This document shows positions 60,438 to 64,000 of a stretch of DNA of 64,000 nt, in pieces; within the stretch, counting starts at the first letter, position 1, and every line of letters starts with the position of its first letter. A model generated the notes under the pieces. The model had not been told where the DNA came from. It did no database searches and saw nothing but the letters and a program-made list of their open reading frames with translations. The stretch covers positions 128,001 to 192,000 of the forward strand of contig CAXXIN010000014.1 in the NCBI GenBank assembly GCA_963665275.2, in the 5' to 3' direction. Source of the DNA: Negativicutes bacterium (lineage in GTDB: Bacteria; Bacillota; Negativicutes; UBA1444). A program made the translations under genes and the position numbers.

Positions 60438-60761
60438 ATGTCTAAATGGGTTATTCGATTGGGTGTTTGCCTATTGATGATGGCTTTGCAGGAGGGGTTG
60501 TGTTTCACGGCGTCGGCGGCGCCGATATATGATGATCGCCAACAGACGGTACAACCGGCATTGACGGTGCAGGAACAGGAATTGCTTGAACGAAAACAGC
60601 AGGAGATCCGTCGACATGAACAAGCGATGCTGCAGCGAGGCGATGAGAGTGTATCAGACTGGGAGTGGCGACAATATCAGGAACGTGAACAACATATCCT
60701 GAATATGCAGCAAATTCAAGATGATGGAATGAAGGTTGTCGGTACGCCTGTTAACTGGTGA
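60438..60761 (+). CDS. Exported hypothetical protein with a charged E/R/Q/H-rich helix
   Basis: RBS, signal peptide ending ASA, EIRRHEQAMLQRGDES..WEWRQ. Confidence 0.7.
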   Translation: MSKWVIRLGVCLLMMALQEGLCFTASAAPIYDDRQQTVQPALTVQEQELLERKQQEIRRHEQAMLQRGDESVSDWEWRQYQEREQHILNMQQIQDDGMKVVGTPVNW

Positions 60762-60800
60762 ATTACAGGAGGCTGTAAACGATGAAAGGAGTTGCATTAG

Positions 60801-60920
60801 ATGATACTCAAGCAGATGACTGCTGTCATATTCGTCCTGGTGTTGACTTCACTGCTTCCTTTCTTCAGACCCTTCTATGAACCGGTTAAAATCATATATC
60901 GCTACATCTATCCGTTTTAG
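60801..60920 (+). CDS. Candidate 39-aa membrane peptide
   Basis: AAAGGAG 9 nt upstream; MILKQMTAVIFVLVLTSLLPFFRPFYEPVKIIYRYIYPF. Confidence 0.3.
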   Translation: MILKQMTAVIFVLVLTSLLPFFRPFYEPVKIIYRYIYPF

Positions 60921-61020
60921 ACAAGAGGATGCAGCCCTCGACAAAAGTATGACAATAGCCAGTTTCGTAGGATTTGAAGCTGGGGATCAAAAAATAAAAT
61001 ATGAAATGAGGGAAAACAGT

Positions 61021-62442
61021 ATGCGAAATAAGGTTTTGTCCATGATGATGACGTTTATCTTTCTGGCAGCGATGGGATCTTCCGCACTAGCGGCCACAAT
61101 ATATCAGAATAGGCCGACGGGATCCGATCCGGCTGCTTCCGCCAGCTACTATATTTGGCAGGACGGCGATCGCTGGCATGTACAGACAGTCAATACCGGA
61201 GCGCGCCATTTGTTTACAGGAACGGTTGAGACGGACGGAGCGTTTTCCGATGTGTCAGCCATGGCATCGGAGAATTCCGAACGAATTGCGATGAAAGTGC
61301 GTAACCAGAAAATAGAATTCAGCTTCAATTCTCTGGCGAGAACCGATGGGTTTTCTTTCACCGTTTCAGGCAGTCAGAACGCGACGTTCACACTCTACAT
61401 CGATGACCGGCCCGTCGATCCGGCCAATATCTATCTCGGTCGACAGAATCGGCATCCAAACAGTTATTCCTTTCCTCTCAACAATTCAACCAATTATTCC
61501 TATAATAATGATCCCGTCAACCTGTTGCGCTTCCAAGGGCAGCCGACGGCCCTGAATACGGGTAATATTCTCGGCTACTTCATTTGGCAGGAAGGTGACC
61601 GTTGGTTTCTGAAAACGACGACCCAAGGAGCACAGCGCCAATTCGCTGGGACTATCAGAACGGGCGGTACTTTTGTCAATGTGACCCGGAACAGCCTGGA
61701 GGACAATGATATCGTCAAACTCAACGAAGCTAGCAACGAGATTGGCTTTACCCTGAGGACGGAAAACGATCAGGATGGGATATCTTTTCAACTAAACAAC
61801 ACAATGGATGCAACTTTCATGCTTTTCCTCGACGGCCAGGCCATCAATCCGTTGAATGTTTATCTGGGATCACAAAATCTCCATCCAAGTGTTAATCCTT
61901 TCAGCATGAATACTCGCGACGACCAATACAATCAATACAACATGAACGATAGCCAGGTTCTTCCCTCTGCTTCGTATGACCAGACATTTCCAGAACCGAC
62001 GACCTATCAGACGATTGTCTCTTCCTATGCGCAGGGACAACCTGATGAACTAAACCCCGGTGAAGTGTTTGGCTACTTTATCTGGCAGGATGATCAAAAC
62101 CGTTGGACGTTGCAAACTACGACAAAAGGTGCGCAGCGGAACTTTACCGGTACGATTGAAACGGGCGGGACGTTTTCCGATGTGAGGATACTGCAGTCAA
62201 TGCGGCCGTCGGGAACCTGGGTGGACACAACCGTAAGCAACCGAATCAACTTTTCTTTCAAGCCCGGTGATTCTGATCAAACCGACAAGATGGGCGGGTT
62301 ATCGTTCCTGGTGACCGATGGATCGGACATCCGATTCAAGCTGTCTGTCGATGGCAGGCCTATCGATCCGACTAAAATATATCTCGGCAAAGCAGGCTAT
62401 CACCCGACAAACAGCGCAGTGAAAATTTACTCCAGCAATTAA
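61021..62442 (+). CDS. Exported protein with three tandem beta-rich repeats
   Basis: Signal peptide ending ALA; three copies of Y[YF]IWQ...RW...T..G..R..F.GT..T.G.F...DG.[PA]I[DN]P..[IV]YLG....HP. Confidence 0.85.
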   Translation: MRNKVLSMMMTFIFLAAMGSSALAATIYQNRPTGSDPAASASYYIWQDGDRWHVQTVNTGARHLFTGTVETDGAFSDVSAMASENSERIAMKVRNQKIEFSFNSLARTDGFSFTVSGSQNATFTLYIDDRPVDPANIYLGRQNRHPNSYSFPLNNSTNYSYNNDPVNLLRFQGQPTALNTGNILGYFIWQEGDRWFLKTTTQGAQRQFAGTIRTGGTFVNVTRNSLEDNDIVKLNEASNEIGFTLRTENDQDGISFQLNNTMDATFMLFLDGQAINPLNVYLGSQNLHPSVNPFSMNTRDDQYNQYNMNDSQVLPSASYDQTFPEPTTYQTIVSSYAQGQPDELNPGEVFGYFIWQDDQNRWTLQTTTKGAQRNFTGTIETGGTFSDVRILQSMRPSGTWVDTTVSNRINFSFKPGDSDQTDKMGGLSFLVTDGSDIRFKLSVDGRPIDPTKIYLGKAGYHPTNSAVKIYSSN

Positions 62443-62492
62443 TGTGAAGACAGTCTTAGCAGGCGAATAATGAATCAAAGAAGGTGATAATT

Positions 62493-62642
62493 ATGTTAGA
62501 AACGATTGTTGTTATTCTCGTGGTGCTGTGGCTTCTTGGCATGGTTAGCGCTTACACGATGGGCGGATTGATCCACCTACTGCTCGTAATTGCGATAGTT
62601 GTAGTTCTGTTGCGAGTAATCAGAGGCAGACGGGTACTGTAG
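62493..62642 (+). CDS. lmo0937/DUF5670-like small membrane protein, 49 aa (absent from the ORF track)
   Basis: MLETIVVILVVLWLLGMVSAYTMGGLIHLLLVIAIVVVLLRVIRGRRVL with AAGGTG RBS. Confidence 0.85.
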   Translation: MLETIVVILVVLWLLGMVSAYTMGGLIHLLLVIAIVVVLLRVIRGRRVL

Positions 62643-62661
62643 TCGACGTTCGATATAGGTA

Positions 62662-62689
62662 CAGGCTCACCTGGGCGCAGGTGAGCCTG
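62662..62689 (+). terminator. GC-rich hairpin
   Basis: caggctcacctg-ggcg-caggtgagcctg; no T tail. Confidence 0.5.
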
Positions 62690-62723
62690 GGGTGAAAATG
62701 AATTTTGGTTGGAGATGTATAAA

Positions 62724-63107
62724 ATGGAAGAAATGATCAAACAAAGGGAAACTCTCAATACGAGTCAACAAGGGGACACTGTTCAACGCATTGTTGGTAT
62801 CGTCTTTGGCGCGATCGAAATTACTCTGGCATTTCGATTGGTGTTTAAACTATTGGGGGCAAACCCGGAAAATGGATTTGTCCAGGGAATCTATGCTTTT
62901 ACGCATTATTTCGTGGTAGCATTTGTCGGTATTTTTTCACGCAGCACCACACAGGGGTCACAGACCCTGGCGGTCTTTGAACCGGCAACCGTAATCGCGA
63001 TGGTGGTCGTCGCCTTGATTGCCTGGGCTGTACTTAAGATGAGCAAACCACATACCGGCAACCATGTTGAAAGAACTGAATACACAAACATGCCCAGTAG
63101 CAAATAA
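62724..63107 (+). CDS. YggT-like membrane protein
   Basis: FGAIE..L.FR.VFKLLGAN..NGFV..IY and FEPAT.IAM motifs. Confidence 0.75.
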   Translation: MEEMIKQRETLNTSQQGDTVQRIVGIVFGAIEITLAFRLVFKLLGANPENGFVQGIYAFTHYFVVAFVGIFSRSTTQGSQTLAVFEPATVIAMVVVALIAWAVLKMSKPHTGNHVERTEYTNMPSSK

Positions 63108-63139
63108 AGAACAAGAGCCTCAGCGAGGCGGGAGGAAAC

Positions 63140-63940
63140 ATGAAACAGCAAACCACAATCATGGTGGTAGATGACAATTCGTTAAACCTCAGCCTAATGG
63201 AGGCCATGCTTACGTCCGCAGGATACGGAGTGACCCTGTGCGAGTCAGGGGACGCTTGTCTGGAAGCGGTCCGGGAAAATGCGCCTGATATTATTTTGGT
63301 TGATGCGATGTTGCCAGACTTAAAGGGGTTTCAAGTCCTCCGGCAGCTGAAGGCGAATGAAACAACACTGATGATTCCCGTGATTATGGTGACTTCCCAG
63401 TTGGACCTGAATGACCGGATTGAAGCGATAAACGCTGGAGCGGACGATTTCCTGACCAAACCGATAACTCGAATTGAACTTCTGGCTCGAGTACGAGCAA
63501 TACTTAAAGTCAAAGCGTGCAATGATCAAGTCATCGAAAGCGAGCAACGCTACCGTGAACTGGTACAGAGCGCCAACGTCATCATCTTCGCTACAGACAG
63601 CGAAGGCAAGATCAGCTTCATGAATGAATATGGACTGGATTTTTTCGGCTACGAACCCGGAGAAATTATTGGCAAGACGGAGCTTGAAACCATCCTGCCT
63701 GAGTATGAATCAACGGGGCGGAATTTAAACATAAATGCCGAAGCGGTCAAAAATAATATTAATCTGTATCAACGATACAATCATGAAAATATCACCAAGT
63801 CGGGCCGAAGGGTATGGGTGGATTGGACAAACCGCTGTGTCGCCGATAAGAACACCGGGAAAATGGGTCTGCTATCCGTTGGGGTCGATTTTACCGCTGC
63901 AAGAGGAATGCAACAAAAAAGTGAAGTAAAGGATGCGTGA
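63140..63940 (+). CDS. REC-PAS protein, paralog of the N-terminal half of 57875-59479
   Basis: Colinear and highly similar, e.g. AGADDFLTKP, ESEQRYRELV, TILPEYESTGRNL and VWVDWTNRCV. Confidence 0.85.
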   Translation: MKQQTTIMVVDDNSLNLSLMEAMLTSAGYGVTLCESGDACLEAVRENAPDIILVDAMLPDLKGFQVLRQLKANETTLMIPVIMVTSQLDLNDRIEAINAGADDFLTKPITRIELLARVRAILKVKACNDQVIESEQRYRELVQSANVIIFATDSEGKISFMNEYGLDFFGYEPGEIIGKTELETILPEYESTGRNLNINAEAVKNNINLYQRYNHENITKSGRRVWVDWTNRCVADKNTGKMGLLSVGVDFTAARGMQQKSEVKDA

Positions 63941-64000
63941 AGTGTACTGTGGAAAAGCGAAACGAATTCATCAAAAAATTTGAAGAAAATCTCAATGATT

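Noticed and set aside
1-64000. CRISPR arrays, rRNA, tRNA, prophage genes, further UGA/UAG recoding
   Set aside because: None seen by eye; other stop codons fall at natural domain ends or within decayed fragments

Overview
A 64-kb gene-dense chromosomal stretch from an anaerobic diderm Firmicute. It is probably a Negativicutes (Sporomusaceae-like), inferred from GGAGG Shine-Dalgarno sites and clostridial-type metabolism alongside outer-membrane genes (SphA barrel, AsmA). From left to right it holds: the tail of a citF/DctM/RraA catabolic operon; an MFS transporter; a ferritin-like gene plus a rhodanese with an in-frame UGA and SECIS-like hairpin (probable selenoprotein, truncated in the ORF track); an SdhABE/Mfr-type fumarate reductase; a sigma-54 proline-oxidation operon (archaeal-type dye-linked proline dehydrogenase subunits plus pruA); a two-component system and a CheA-DGC-MCP module; a scar region (IS256/IS3/IS21 relics, a HEPN relic, SphA and penicillin V acylase cargo); housekeeping genes including PFOR; and a stress/signalling island (bfr, csbD, ytxH, PRC-barrel, CheB-CheR fusion, kinase, REC-PAS-PucR regulator with shared promoter motifs). 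The top finding is a complete IS110 element (17364-18851). Its circle junction forms a TTGACT-N17-TATAAT promoter, and its putative bridge RNA carries the guide CUUCCUCCU, matching the Shine-Dalgarno of pruA where it inserted. No rRNA, tRNA or CRISPR array was seen. All family calls are from motif recognition by eye, not database searches.
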